From Macrostomum lignano (lineage: Eukaryota), in the NCBI GenBank assembly GCA_002269645.1, contig NIVC01001560.1, positions 1 through 64,000 on the forward strand: a stretch of DNA of 64,000 bases. The letters run 5' to 3'. Position numbers and translations under genes: made by a program. The notes beneath the pieces were generated by a model. It searched no databases. It was not told the DNA's origin and worked only from the letters and a program-made list of their open reading frames with translations. Shown here piece by piece: positions 34,332-48,575 of the stretch. The stretch's first letter is position 1, and every line of letters begins with the position of its first letter.

Positions 34332-35305
34332 AGAGAGGGGATCTAAGAGGGAGGGGACCTATAGAGAGGGGATCTAAGAGGGAGGGGACCTATAGAGAGG
34401 GATCTAAGGAGACGGGATCTAGGGAGAGGGGATCTAGGAAGAGGGGATCTAGAGAGAAGGGATCTAGGGAGAGGGGATCTAGGGAGAGGGGATCTAGAGA
34501 GAAGGGATCTAGGGAGAGGGGATCTAGGAAGAGGGGATCTAAGGAGTGGGATCTAAGGAGTGGGGATCTAAGGAGTGGGGATCTAAGGAGTGGGGATCTA
34601 AGGAGTGGGGATCTAAGGAGTGGGGATCTAAGGAGTGGGGATCTAAGGAGTGGAGATCTAAGGAGTGGGGATCTAAGGAGTGGGGATCTAAGGAGTGGGG
34701 ATCTAAGGAGTGGGGATCTAAGGAGTGGGGATCTAAGGAGTGGGGATCTAAGGAGTGGGGATCTAAGGAGTGGGGATCTAAGGAGTGGGGATCTAAGGAG
34801 TGGGGATCTAGGGAGTGGGGATCTAAGGAGTGGGGATCTAAGGAGTGGGGATCTAAGGAGTGGGGATCTAAGGAGTGGGGATCTAAGGAGTGGGGATCTA
34901 AGGAGTGGGGATCTAAGGAGTGGGGATCTAAGGAGTGGGGATCTAAGGAGTGGGGATCTAGGGAGTGGGGATCTAAGGAGTGGGGATCTAAGGAGTGGGG
35001 ATCTAAGGAGTGGAGATCTAAGGAGTGGGGATCTAAGGAGTGGGGATCTAAGGAGTGGGGATCTAAGGAGTGGGGATCTAGGGAGTGGGGATCTAAGGAG
35101 TGGGGATCTAAGGAGTGGGGATCTAAGGAGTGGGGATCTAAGGAGTGGGGATCTAAGGAGTGGGGATCTAAGGAGTGGGGATCTAGGGAGTGGGGATCTA
35201 AGGAGTGGGGATCTAAGGAGTGGGGATCTAAGGAGTGGGGATCTAAGGAGTGGGGATCTAAGGAGTGGGGATCTAAGGAGTGGGGATCTAAGGAGTGGGG
35301 ATCTA
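34332..35305. repeat. 15-bp tandem repeat (ggggatctaaggagt)
   Basis: Near-perfect array with a degenerate left end. Confidence 0.98.
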
Positions 35306-35861
35306 ATACTAAATAGCCTAATTCCAGTTCCCATTCCTCAATAATTGTTAACCGCCATAAATAAAAACTAAGCAAGACAACAAATTTTGCTTTTCTGTTG
35401 CCAATAAAAATAACGAATTTCTTTGGAAACCGAAGAAACGCACAGAATCAAAATGAGTCAGAGAGTTCACGAGGATCCCAGGGCCATTGATAGTAAAAAA
35501 ATAGAGGCTGCTTAAGGCAGCAGCAATTTTAAAGGGATTAAGGCCCGCATTTCCCCGATCGGCAGTGATGAGGACAGGAGAGACTGGGGAGCGGGGCCCG
35601 ATGAAGGTGATGGTACTGATGCTGAGTCCCCGGGATCTGATAAATTTCGCAAGTGCGGGAGCAGGCGTGCAGCCTGAATCAGAAATATTCATCATATGGC
35701 TTTTTAATAACGCTACTATGCGTTACCAACCCTACTGACTCTTGCTGACTCCGGCAAGCATGAATTGAAATTAGTCAATTGAGTTGCTGAGGGCAGGAGG
35801 CCAATGTCAGTACACAGATACATCACTTTATCTGTTTTATTTGTCCAAACTTCCTTATCCT

Positions 35862-36586
35862 TCCTTATTCTCTCTTCCCGATTCCCTGTTGTTTTTCTTA
35901 TTCTCTCTTCCCGATTCCCTGTTGTTTTTCTTATTCTCTCTTCCCGATTCCCTGTTGTTTTCCTTATATTCTACTCTCTTCCCGATTCCCTGTTGTTTTC
36001 CTTATACTCTCTTCCCGATTCCCTGTTGTTTTCCTTATACTCTCTTCCCGATTCCCTGTTGTTTTCTTTATACTCTCTTCCCGATTCCCTGTTGTTTTCC
36101 TTATACTCTCTTCCCGATTCCCTGTTGTTTTCCTTATTCTCTCTTCTCGATTCCCTGTTGTTTTCCTTATACTCTCTTCCCGATTCCCTGTTGTTTTCCT
36201 TATTCTCTCTTCCCGATTCCCTGTTGTTTTCCTTATACTCTCTTCCCGATTCCCTGTTGTTTTCCTAATTCTCTCTCCCGATTCCCTGTTGTTTTCCTTA
36301 TTCTCTCTTCCCGATTCCCTGTTGTTTTCCTTATTCTCTCTTCTCGATTCCCTGTTGTTTTTCTTATACTCTCTTCCCGATTCCCTGCTGTTTTCCTTAT
36401 ACTCTCTTCCCGATTCCCTGTTGTTTTCCTTATACTCTCTTCCCGATTCCCTGTTGTTTTCCTTATTCTCTCTTCCCGATTCCCTGTTGTTTTCCTTATT
36501 CTCTCTTCCCGATTCCCTGTTGTTTTCCTTATTCTCTCTTCCCGATTTCCCTGTTGTTTTCCTTATACTCCATTCCCGATTCCCTG
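35862..36586. repeat. 33-bp tandem repeat (cttatactctcttcccgattccctgttgttttc)
   Basis: Directly visible, with an 11-aa period in the spurious ORFs. Confidence 0.96.
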
Positions 36587-37074
36587 ATAATAAAACTGAC
36601 CCTGAATTCTTAGCTCAAAAAGCAGAAAATAAAAATTTCAAGCCTCCATCTCGGGATTTCTTATCTGGTTTCAGTAGAGGAAAAATAGACTACTCCAAAC
36701 ACGAGGATTAATTGCACACTAATGGAGCTCTGCTACTATACTTTTCCTACCTGCATGAAAATCCCAAGCAATAATTCCAGTAATGGCTCCGCTTCCCGCA
36801 AAGAAAGATGGCAAAGCGACTCGCAGCAATTCAACCATTGAAAGGGGTGGCCTTCTCAGGCCCGCAGAGAGAGATGCTGAGCTTGGGATAAAAATCCCGC
36901 TAAATGTCACCGCATTTGCCAGCATGCTTTCGGCTCCCACCTGGGATGCTGAGCTGGAGAGATTGCGTTGCAATGCTCTCATTGAGAGCTCCCATTTGCC
37001 CGCCTGAGCACAGACAGCATCCGCCTTTTGAATGTGGGATCATCTTCTCCCTGCCTCTGTCCTCTAACTGCCTC

Positions 37075-37625
37075 TAACCTCTCTCTCTTCTATCTCATTC
37101 TTATCTCTCTCATCTTTCTCATCTCTCTCAGCTCTCTCATCTCTCTTATCTCTCTCAGCTCTCTCAACTCTCTAATCTCTCTAGTCTCTCTCTCATCTCT
37201 CTCACCTCTCTCATATTTTTTTTTCTATCTCTGATTTCTCTCATCTCTATCATCTCTCTCATCTCTCTCATCTCTCTTATCTCTCTTATCTACCTCTTAT
37301 CTCTCTCATCTCTCTCATCTCTCTCATCTCTCTCATCTCTCTCATCTCTCTCATCTCTCTCATCTCTCTCATCTCTCTCATCTCTCTCATCTCTCTTATC
37401 TCTCTTATCTACCTCTTATCTCTCTCATCTCTCTCATCTCTCTTATCTCTCTTATCTACCTCTTATCTCTCTCATCTCTCTTATCTCTCTCCGCTCTCTC
37501 AATTCTCTAATCTCTCTAGTCTCTCTCTCATCCCTCTCACCTCTCTCATATTTTTTTTCTATCTCTGATTTCTCTCATCTCTCTCATCTCTCTCATCTCT
37601 CTTATCTCCCTCATCTCTCTCATCA
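37075..37625. repeat. CT-rich 9-bp-type repeat (atctctctc) with an internal ~90-bp duplication
   Basis: Directly visible. Confidence 0.9.
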
Positions 37626-38399
37626 ATTTTATCTCTTTACTTTCATCTCTATTGCAGCTATCTCAATTACTTTAATAAGTATAGGAGCAAGCCATTGAAA
37701 TAACGTTTAATAAGATGGTTTTAACAAAAAATAAATAGCTAGTAGCCGGGCTCTGCAACAATGCCCGGCGGTCATGTTGAAAATTGCACTGCAGGCCTAA
37801 CTTGATGCACTGTTGACTTAAATAATTGAAGCGAAATTTAATTCCCCACTTAGTAGGCGGAGGGACGATTACATATCCATATCCCTATAACTGTCGTCTG
37901 TTGCCACCAGGGGGGGGGGTAATAAAACCGCGCAGTGGTTTATGGGCCCTGGTTTCTAGGGCAGGTCCTCGATTCGGTTGAGCTATCGCTCTGTGAGCGG
38001 GAGGAGTGTCAAGTTACCGCCAGAGAAATCGATAATTTTGGAACTTGCAGATCCTAGCATAATTCTACTCCGACAGTGAATTCTCAATGTTTAACATTTG
38101 TCTGCCAGTTCAGAAACTAAGATATAAAAAACTTGATAATAAATAAGTGATTTTGCCGTCAAAACTCCCCTCTAGACAACAGATTAACACAATTATGACA
38201 TGATAGTCGGAAACTTCACATATTTCCTAATTTCTACTTAAAGTAGCTGCTTCGTATGTCACGCTTAAAATTTATCTGCCGAAATAGAAACTCATCAGCC
38301 TTTGAAAACATGCAACTGATATTCAAACGTCCTCTATCTGTGTCCATTCGTCTGTGTCTGCGTGTCTATCTGTTTTAGTGTCCTAGCGTCTTGGTGTAT

Positions 38400-38430
38400 T
38401 AGTGTCTGTCTGTCTGTCTGTCTGTCTGTA

Positions 38431-38525
<95 letters not shown>
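38400..38525. repeat. (TGTC)n microsatellite
   Basis: Directly visible. Confidence 0.96.
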
Positions 38526-39173
38526 AGCATCAAATCTGTTGATTAGGCCCTGAGCTCAATATCTGTAATCCTGCCCAGGCTGGTTTGCAAGGAGACTGCC
38601 AGGGCGAAGTCAATCAATTAGAGCAGCAGAGTGAAAAGATAAGAGAACTGCCTCGCCAATTCCTTAAAGAACAGAGCAGACTTTTCTTTCAGCCATTATC
38701 TACAGAAAGTAATAAATCTGGTCTATAATACAGGGGAAAATCATCGCAGCCAGTGTCTCAGCTACTGAGTTCACCAGTAGAATAAAAATCAATTCAAATC
38801 TTAATGACAGCTGCAGATCAACTTCACTGTCTTTGAGCATCATTCGCGAAATTATTTAAGACCCAGTGATTAAAGGAAGCGAGAGTCTGAGGATCTGCCA
38901 ATCCGATGTCGAGTTTTGATGCACTGGTACAGAAAAGAGGAACTGCAGGCGGACAGCCCTGTCCTCAGAGCCAAATTGTTACGAAATTCATAAACGGGAA
39001 TAAACAAGCCAAGCTCACTTCCTGGAAAGCATTTTTCTGTCTATGAAGTGGAAGCAGCTTCCCGTCTGGTCTTCCGCGAACTTCGATTTTGTGGGCTATC
39101 TACCGGACTATTAGGTGACTCACGGTGAATGGACTTTAAAAGGCCTATACTTTCCAGCATATACATCATTTGG

Positions 39174-40100
<927 letters not shown>

Positions 40101-40559
40101 ATTCTTATCGATTTTCATTCTCATTCTCCATATTTAAGAAATTGTGAAATCAGTAAATTCAGGATTCTTATCACAAAAGACTTCTGTATCATCACTTGTT
40201 CCATGGACAGCCAAAATTTATTGGTGAGTTTCGATGTCCATGACAGGTTCTAAATCTTTTCTACGCTCGCAATATAAAATTGAATCCATTGCACAAAAAT
40301 TATCTGTATTGTGGGAGCAAGCCTCAATATTAGTTTTACGACGTAATTATTGCATTCTGCAAGTACGTGCAAGTACGTCGAGTACTTTGAGTACATAATG
40401 CTTGTTCTCGCATTTGATAATTGTTCGGTAAAAATATATCAAATCTATCGCTAGTAACAAGTTTTGAATATCGATACAAATGGACAACGATGCAAATGAA
40501 TATTTCCAGTGAATTAAATGGAAACGGGGTTTACTCAAAAACAAATACAAAAATCCATT

Positions 40560-41050
40560 GACAGCCAATCAGCGACAAGATAGAGATTAAGATGCGACAA
40601 CAGATATACTCGAAGCCAATCAATGACAAGATAACGGCAGAGACACAAAAAATCTACGAGATACAAGATAAAACAGCTCTATCTCGTACGAGCTATCTAG
40701 CCAATCAGCGACAATCAGGACAGAGAGACAACAGCTCTATCTACAGCCAATCAGCGACAAGATAGAGACAGAGACACAACAGCTCTATCTAAAGTCAATC
40801 AGCGAAAAGATAGGGACAGAGAGACAACTGATATCTACAGCCAATCAGCGATAAGAAAGGGACAGACAACTGATATATCTACAGCCAATCAGCGAAAAGA
40901 TAGGGACAGAGAGACAACTGATATCTACAGCCAATTAGCGACAAGATAGAGACAGAGAGACAACGTTATATATCTACAGCCAATCAGCGACAAGATAGGG
41001 ATAGAGAGACAACAGCTCTATATACAGCTTATCAATGACAAGATAGGGGT
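40560..41050. repeat. Degenerate ~45-50-bp repeat, most units carrying AGCCAATCAG
   Basis: About ten units of tctacagccaatcagcgacaagatag... Confidence 0.85.
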
Positions 41051-41212
41051 AGAGAACTAAAAACATCTCTAGCGATAGCAGCTGATAGCAAATGATTGCT
41101 TGTACATTGCATATTGTTTGGGTAATAGAGCTGGTATTTTAAAGAAGTTTATTAAACAAATTGATCGGGTCTTTCATAGTTATTTGACGGGGCCGAATCT
41201 GTCAGCTGACAG

Positions 41213-43054
41213 TCACGGGTGCTGGCACCGACCGCCCATAGAGTTGCATAGGCTGTACACCTGCTGCTTGAAGTAGGTGTTCATGCAGCCGTAGATGATT
41301 GGATTAACGCCGTGGTTAATAAAATAGCAATAAAATATGATATTAACAATGATATCCTTGAGCCTGTTGCTCCAATTCGAGAACTTGTCAACTTCAAGTT
41401 TAGAGGTGAAATTTCCGGTGGAAGTTGATAAAATCTGGATTCTGCCGGAGCCGGGCCAGCTGGGGCTGGGCCAGCCGCTGCTGCTGTTGTTGCTAGCGGC
41501 CACTACAGGCCCTGAGCTGTCGGCATCCCAGCCGGGGCCCCAGTGAGCATTGTACACGAGCAGAAATGGCAGGTAGGATAACACGTAGAAGAACGTGATG
41601 ACACTCAGCACTTTAGCGGTTTTAATATGCGGCCGTTTGCGCGCCCGTTCGGCCAGATCGCGACGCGCCTGCGCCAGCTGCACTGACCCGATTGAGTTGT
41701 CGCGCGCTGAGGTCCAGGAACGGCGCTGCGGCTGCTGCTGCTTCGACAGGCGGCGCTGCTTCACCTCCTCTTGCACTGCGGCCGGGTCGGCGGCTTCAGC
41801 TGCGTCCTCCTCCTCAACAATCCTGTCTGAGCCCGGTCCGGTGTCAGCCTCATCTTTAACTAGTCCAGCCTCCTCGGCTGGGACCTTCTCAGCTACTAGC
41901 GACTCAGCCGCTCCATCATTAGTTGGAGCAGTCAGCATCAGCACTTCATCAATGTTAGTCTCCAGGCAGCAGTCCGACACACCTGCTGACGCGGAGGCAT
42001 CGGCGCCGTTAAGGGCTGCCAGCGCCGCGGCCACGGCCGACGCGCCTCCATGGTGACTCATGAGCTCCACACCGGCGCAGGTGGTCACCTCCGTCTCTTC
42101 AGCGCGCGACGACAGGCGCCGGACAACGCGTCGCTTTTTTTTCTTGTCGCCGGCGCCCCTACCGGCGCATTGGCCGCCTCTGCTGCAGGCACCGCCGCAG
42201 CTGAGCTCAGCTGAGCAGCGGCCCGCTTTCGATCCGATCGAGTGCTCAACCGGGCAGTCGCCGCTAGACATCCGGGCTGCCTTGCACCTGCTCTTGCTCC
42301 GGCTCCGGCTGCCGGCGTGGGCCACCCAGGAGCGCGACCGGGCCCACCGGTGCTGCCGGCGCCGCACAAACGCAAAAATGTTGGCGTAGAAGAACAGCAG
42401 CAGCAGCAGAGCGCAGGCGAACAGCACAGAGAGGCCGGTCTTGTACGCCTGCATCACTGGGGTGCTCACCAGCTCGTTGTCGGTGGTGCAGTAGGCCACG
42501 GGCAGCTCCACGCCGCCGTCGGCCAGTTCAATGCGCATCCTGGTGCCAGTTGTGAGGCCGCCCGGTACACCGACAGCGCAGCCGAGACCCACCGCCAAGG
42601 CCACGTAGGCCAGGGAGCTGCGCCGGCCGGTCTGCACGCCGGGCACGAAGCAGATGATGACGAACCGGTCCACAGCGATGAGGCAGAGCAGAAAAGCCGA
42701 CGATGGCACCAACGAATAGCGAAGGATGTGGAAAAGTTTGCAGCACAGCTCCGAGCTAGACCTGTGCCAGACGTCCTGGTAGAGAGTCGACGGGATGACC
42801 ACAGCGCATACCAGCAGGTCCAGCACCGCCAGTGCGATCACGTAGACATTCTGAGGCAGGTCGCGGAGGCTGCGGTGGAAGAACACAATGACCAGACTGT
42901 TGCCAACAATGCCGAGCAGGGAGATCAAGCACAGGCAGACTGTGATGCAAATCAGTAGCGAATTTGGCATCCGATTTTCAGCTCGACGTCTTTCGATCAG
43001 TTCGGCCAGGTGGATTTTGTACAGGTCGGGGTGAACAGAGGTCCAGTTGGCCAT
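41213..43054 (-). CDS. Class A (rhodopsin-like) GPCR, probable neuropeptide receptor; intronless, 613 aa
   Basis: Seven hydrophobic segments with class A motifs GIVGNSLV (TM1), LAVLDLLVC (TM2), CKLFH...IAVDRF (TM3), YVLSYLPF (TM6) and NHGVNPIIY (TM7). Confidence 0.95.
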   Translation of the reverse strand: MANWTSVHPDLYKIHLAELIERRRAENRMPNSLLICITVCLCLISLLGIVGNSLVIVFFHRSLRDLPQNVYVIALAVLDLLVCAVVIPSTLYQDVWHRSSSELCCKLFHILRYSLVPSSAFLLCLIAVDRFVIICFVPGVQTGRRSSLAYVALAVGLGCAVGVPGGLTTGTRMRIELADGGVELPVAYCTTDNELVSTPVMQAYKTGLSVLFACALLLLLFFYANIFAFVRRRQHRWARSRSWVAHAGSRSRSKSRCKAARMSSGDCPVEHSIGSKAGRCSAELSCGGACSRGGQCAGRGAGDKKKKRRVVRRLSSRAEETEVTTCAGVELMSHHGGASAVAAALAALNGADASASAGVSDCCLETNIDEVLMLTAPTNDGAAESLVAEKVPAEEAGLVKDEADTGPGSDRIVEEEDAAEAADPAAVQEEVKQRRLSKQQQPQRRSWTSARDNSIGSVQLAQARRDLAERARKRPHIKTAKVLSVITFFYVLSYLPFLLVYNAHWGPGWDADSSGPVVAASNNSSSGWPSPSWPGSGRIQILSTSTGNFTSKLEVDKFSNWSNRLKDIIVNIIFYCYFINHGVNPIIYGCMNTYFKQQVYSLCNSMGGRCQHP

Positions 43055-43147
43055 GGCTCTGATGTCAGCGTGGGAAGATTTTCCTGCGTGTTTTAATTTG
43101 CGTTGCTAGGCATCATTATTCAAGCATCATAGTTAGCAGTCGTTTTT

Positions 43148-43443
43148 CCCACCTGAGGATTGAAGGTGGAGGTAATTTCTCAACCTGAGGATCTGAGGTA
43201 AAGGTAATTTCCCAACCTGAGGATCTGAGGTAAAGGTTATTTCCCAACCTGAGGATCTGAGGTGAATTTATTCCCCGACCTGAGGATCTGAGGTGAATTT
43301 ATTCCCCAGCCTGAGGATCTGAGGTGAATTTATTCCCCAACCTGAGGATCTGAGGTGAATTTATTTCCCAGCCTGAGGATCTGAGGTGAATTTATTTCCC
43401 AACCTGAGGATCTGAGGTGAATTTATTTCCCAACCTGAGGATG
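43148..43443. repeat. ~30-bp tandem repeat (ttcccaacctgaggatctgaggtgaattta) just upstream of the GPCR start
   Basis: About nine or ten units are visible. Confidence 0.92.
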
Positions 43444-44061
43444 CGAGGCAAAGGCAACCTTAAATCACCAAAAAATCTGAAGATTTTAGCCATCTTCCCT
43501 ATCAGACTTTCATTTGAAAAAAAATCTCTCAATAATTTTCCCCAAGGGGCCGATGAGTGCAACGGCAAGTTCATTAAAAGAAAAAAGGAAAATTTCTGTG
43601 TGAGGCACAGCCTGCGGTATCCGGCTGCAGCTGCTATCTGGGTTTTTTGACAGGGACTTCAATTAGTTCTTGACTGAGTAGCGGAAGCCTTGAGGATTGA
43701 TACAAAATTTGGAAATTGCTTTATTACTCCCGTATTATGCAGCTAATGAAGGAAACTATTTAGAATTAGAAAACAGAAAACTTACTAATTGGAGTTCCGA
43801 TTGGCTTCTGTTGAAGATTTTAATCAATTTCTTACCAGACTCAACTCTGCTCTTATGGAGTTGCGGCTGCCTTGAGCACAACGGGCTTATCTCTGCACTC
43901 CCAACATATAGATTTATCAGGACTGCGAGCTGACCAATCAGAGCTCAGCTGACTTCCATTTGTCAGCTCAGGCTTTTCACTGCTATTGGAAATTTTCTAG
44001 AGGCCATTGGCTCAGAAAGGGTATTGTCTGGAGTTCTAACTAACTAACTTGTTAGTCCAGT

Positions 44062-44360
44062 GCTCTGATGTGCCAGCAACCCAGGCTCGATTCCAAGTGC
44101 AGTCACATTAGTTTGGGGCTGCTAAATTGGAATCTCAGCTTGGCTCTGCTCGTGCAATTAACGGCCTTGAGGTGAAGTGTACATGCCTAACGATAAATAA
44201 AGTTAGGGCTGCTGTACACTCCTGTGTGAGTGTGTGCCTGCGTACGTATCCGCGCGCTTGTGTGCCTGCTCAGGGGAGTCGGCGGAATGGGCAGCAATGC
44301 CTCTCGCCGGTTGTGTGACAATGTCGCTTAAAGTGCGCCAGGGTGCACACAGCCTCCTGC
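44062..44360 (+). mobile_element. tRNA-derived SINE, copy 1 (5'-truncated)
   Basis: Matches the reverse complement of 63014-63361 over ~290 bp apart from a ~20-bp deletion. It retains a B-box-like GGCTCGATTCC. Confidence 0.8.
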
Positions 44361-45030
44361 ATCTCAATAACTCAAGCATTAGTAAGCACAGCAGTTTTAT
44401 TAGCCAGATTATTTAGTTGAAGTGTAGCAATATGATGCTGCCATCCAGTTGCCATGCAGTTTTCTCAACCACTTGGAGAGAATATTTCGGAGAAAATAGA
44501 TAGTAATGTAATTATGTGATGGTCTAAAAGACATGATGAACTTTGCAAAAAACAGCTATCAAAATTAATCAGTAACTTCATATTGCATGTCAGTTTTAAT
44601 CTTGGAAATTCAAATTAATTCTAGTTATTAAGATTCATTTTTTCTTTTCAGAGTTCGAAAAATACGTAAATTTAGGGAAAGTCAGTCAAGCCAATGTGAG
44701 ATGGTGGATGAAGTTAAAAGAGAAAAAAATCACCTGACTATTGACTGCCAGATCCCTCTGTATCAATTTTGATTTGGGACAAAATTCAAAAGATTAAAAA
44801 GCTGTGTCGCTAGGCACGCAAGCAAATCAAGCATTGAACGGCTCCTAATTCTGATGATCCCAACGGTTTCTATCTGGCTTTTTTGCCTCAAGCACGCTAC
44901 TGCTCAGCTGCGACTTTCGCGCTTGCTTACTTTTTCAGTTCAGAGACTCGCGCGTCAGTGATCCTTGGTTCGATTCCGTGCGTACCCACATTTATTTGGA
45001 GATTGACAATCAGGAGAGTTCATCGCGCGA

Positions 45031-45100
45031 CAAGCTCCGGGAGTCGAACCCGGGTAACTCTATTCTCGAACTGGGTTTTAACCAATCACACCCCAGCAGC
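45031..45100 (-). pseudogene. tRNA-like sequence (pseudogene or SINE head)
   Basis: The minus strand reads GGTGTGATTGGTTAAAAC (A-box/D-arm-like) and has a perfect T-arm CCGGG-TTCGACT-CCCGG. The acceptor stem pairs poorly. Confidence 0.45.
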
Positions 45101-45204
45101 AAGGAGGACGAACAGCAGGCAGGCAATGTCTATGGCCGAAGCAGCGCGAGAGTTTGGGAAAACGACCCGTAGAAACGATAAGTTCCGGCAGGAGCGACGT
45201 GGCA

Positions 45205-46420
45205 CAGAGGGCGGCGCGCATATAAAAAGCGGGTGAGCAAACCCCCACACCACGGAGAAGTATAGAGGGCGGCGCGCAGATAAAAAGCGGGTGAGCAAAC
45301 CCCCACCCCACCCCACCCCACGGAGAAGTATAGAGGGCGGCGCGCAGATAAAAAAGCGGGTGAGCAAACCCCCCACCCCACGGAGAAGTATAGAGGGCAG
45401 CGCGCAGATAAAAAAGCGGGTGAGCAAACCCCCACCCCACGGAGAAGTATAAAGGGCGGCGCGCAGATAAAGAGCGGGTGAGCAAACCCCACCCCCACCC
45501 CACCTCACGGAGAAGTATAGAGGGCGGCGCGCAGATAAAAAAGCGGGTGAGCAAACCCCCCACCCACGGAGAAGTATAGAGGGCGGCGCGCAGATAAAAA
45601 GCGGGTGAGCAAACCCCCACCCCACCCCACCCCACGGAGAAGTATAGAGGGCGGCGCGCAGATAAAAAAGCGGGTGAGCAAACCCCCCACCCCACGGAGA
45701 AGTATAGAGGGCGGCGTGCAGATAAAAAGCGGGTGAGCAAACCCCCCACCCCACGGAGAAGTATAGAGGGCGGCGCGCAGATAAAAAGCGGGTGAGCAAA
45801 CCCCCCACCCCACCCCACCCCACGGAGAAGTATAGAGGGCGGCGCGCAGATAAAAAGCGGGTGAGCAAACCCCCACCCCACCCCACTCCACGGAGAAGTA
45901 TAGAGGGCGGCGCGCAGATAAAAAAGCGGGTGAGCAAACCCCCCACCCCACGGAGAAGTATAGAGGGCGGCGTGCAGATAAAAAGCGGGTGAGCAAACCC
46001 CCACCCCACGGAGAAGTATAGAGGGCGGCGTGCAGATAAAAAGCGGGTGAGCAAACCCCCACCCCACCCCACCCCACGGAGAAGTATAGAGGGCGGCGCG
46101 CAGATAAAAAAGCGGGTGAGCAAACCCCCCACCCCACGGAGAAGTATAGAGGGCGGCGTGCAGATAAAAAGCGGGTGAGCAAACCCCCCACCCCACGGAG
46201 AAGTATAGAGGGCGGCGCGCAGATAAAAAGCGGGTGAGCAAACCCCCACCCCACCCCACCCCACGGAGAAGTATAGAGGGCGGCGCGCAGATAAAAAGCG
46301 GGTGAGCAAACCCCCACCCCACCCCACCCCACGGAGAAGTATAGAGGGCGGCGCGCAGATAAAAAAGCGGGTGAGCAAACCCCCCACCCCACTGAGAAGT
46401 ATAGAGGACGGCGCACAAAG
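45205..46420. repeat. ~60-bp GC-rich minisatellite with variable (cccca)n tracts
   Basis: Repeated cacggagaagtatagagggcggcgcgcagataaaaaagcgggtgagcaaaccccc. Confidence 0.97.
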
Positions 46421-47439
46421 GCGGCACAAAGTACATCGCAAGGAGGGGTGGATGGCTAACACCCATTTCACTCCAGGCTCACAAAGGAGCCCTAAGAGAA
46501 ATGGAGGCATCAAAAGTTTTCCAAGGTGAATTTCTAAATAATTGCTGCTACATCTGCTCCTAGTAGAAATACGAGACAGATAAAGCACAAGTTGCCCTTT
46601 TGTAGCCACACAATATAAGTATAATGTTGCCTAAACGAAAACAAAAATTCATATCGCCTAAAAGACCCCGTCAATTTTGGCGATCAATACTTCAATTTTT
46701 CAATATTCGAGTCCAAGTTAAAAATTTTGGAAACAAAATTTGTCATGAATAAAATCATAAGGTAGTGATGGTTGCCAATGCTTGCGCAAAAAAAGTTGCA
46801 CAAAATGTCAGCCGGCTGTTCTTTTAAAGATTTTGCCAAGCTTGATGAAACCGAGACGTGCTCCACTGGCGCACTGCTCAGCCGGGCGACTTGCCGCAGG
46901 GCCTGCGGGCCAGAACCCAACCGCCTGCAGTTGGTGACGTGAAGAAAATCACAGGAAATGCTCTCCAATACAAAGACACTGGGACTCGCTTCTGCAAAGA
47001 GAAAAAAAACGTCCATCTGACTATTCGACAGATTTCGAACTGCCCAGCTCTCTCTCTCTCCCGGGATCCCGGGACGCGTGCGAGACAGTCGAATGAGGCA
47101 ATAAAATGCTACAAAATGCTCTCGGGATGGGCCAGGGACTACTGAATGAATCTGGAACTGCTTTTTTACAACTAGAGGTCATTCAATAATCCCTATTGTC
47201 GAAGTGCAAAATACTTAATAATTTTTAAACAAAAGCGTTCGATTTCTAGAAATTGGTGACACATTTTCGAACTGAATAAATTATTTCGTGCGAGCCGGAA
47301 ACACCAGCCAACTCTCGCGCCACAGTTACAGGCTTTTTAGTGCGCGCCTAGTCACGTTAATTTATTGTTTGCGGCTGGCAGCGTGATTTACGTCCATGAG
47401 GGAACAAGGCAACAGAGTGAGGTGATGAGAAACCGAGAC

Positions 47440-48575
<1,136 letters not shown>

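Noticed and set aside
34390-36711. RSPLL/DPHSL/WGSKE and PIPCCF repeat ORFs
   Set aside because: Translations of 15-bp and 33-bp satellites in several frames.
36719-36982. Hydrophobic minus-strand ORF that might be a membrane-protein exon
   Set aside because: No recognisable family, and no partner exons that I could join convincingly.
45078-46609. 300-500-aa minus-strand ORFs
   Set aside because: Minisatellite translation that cycles through all frames.
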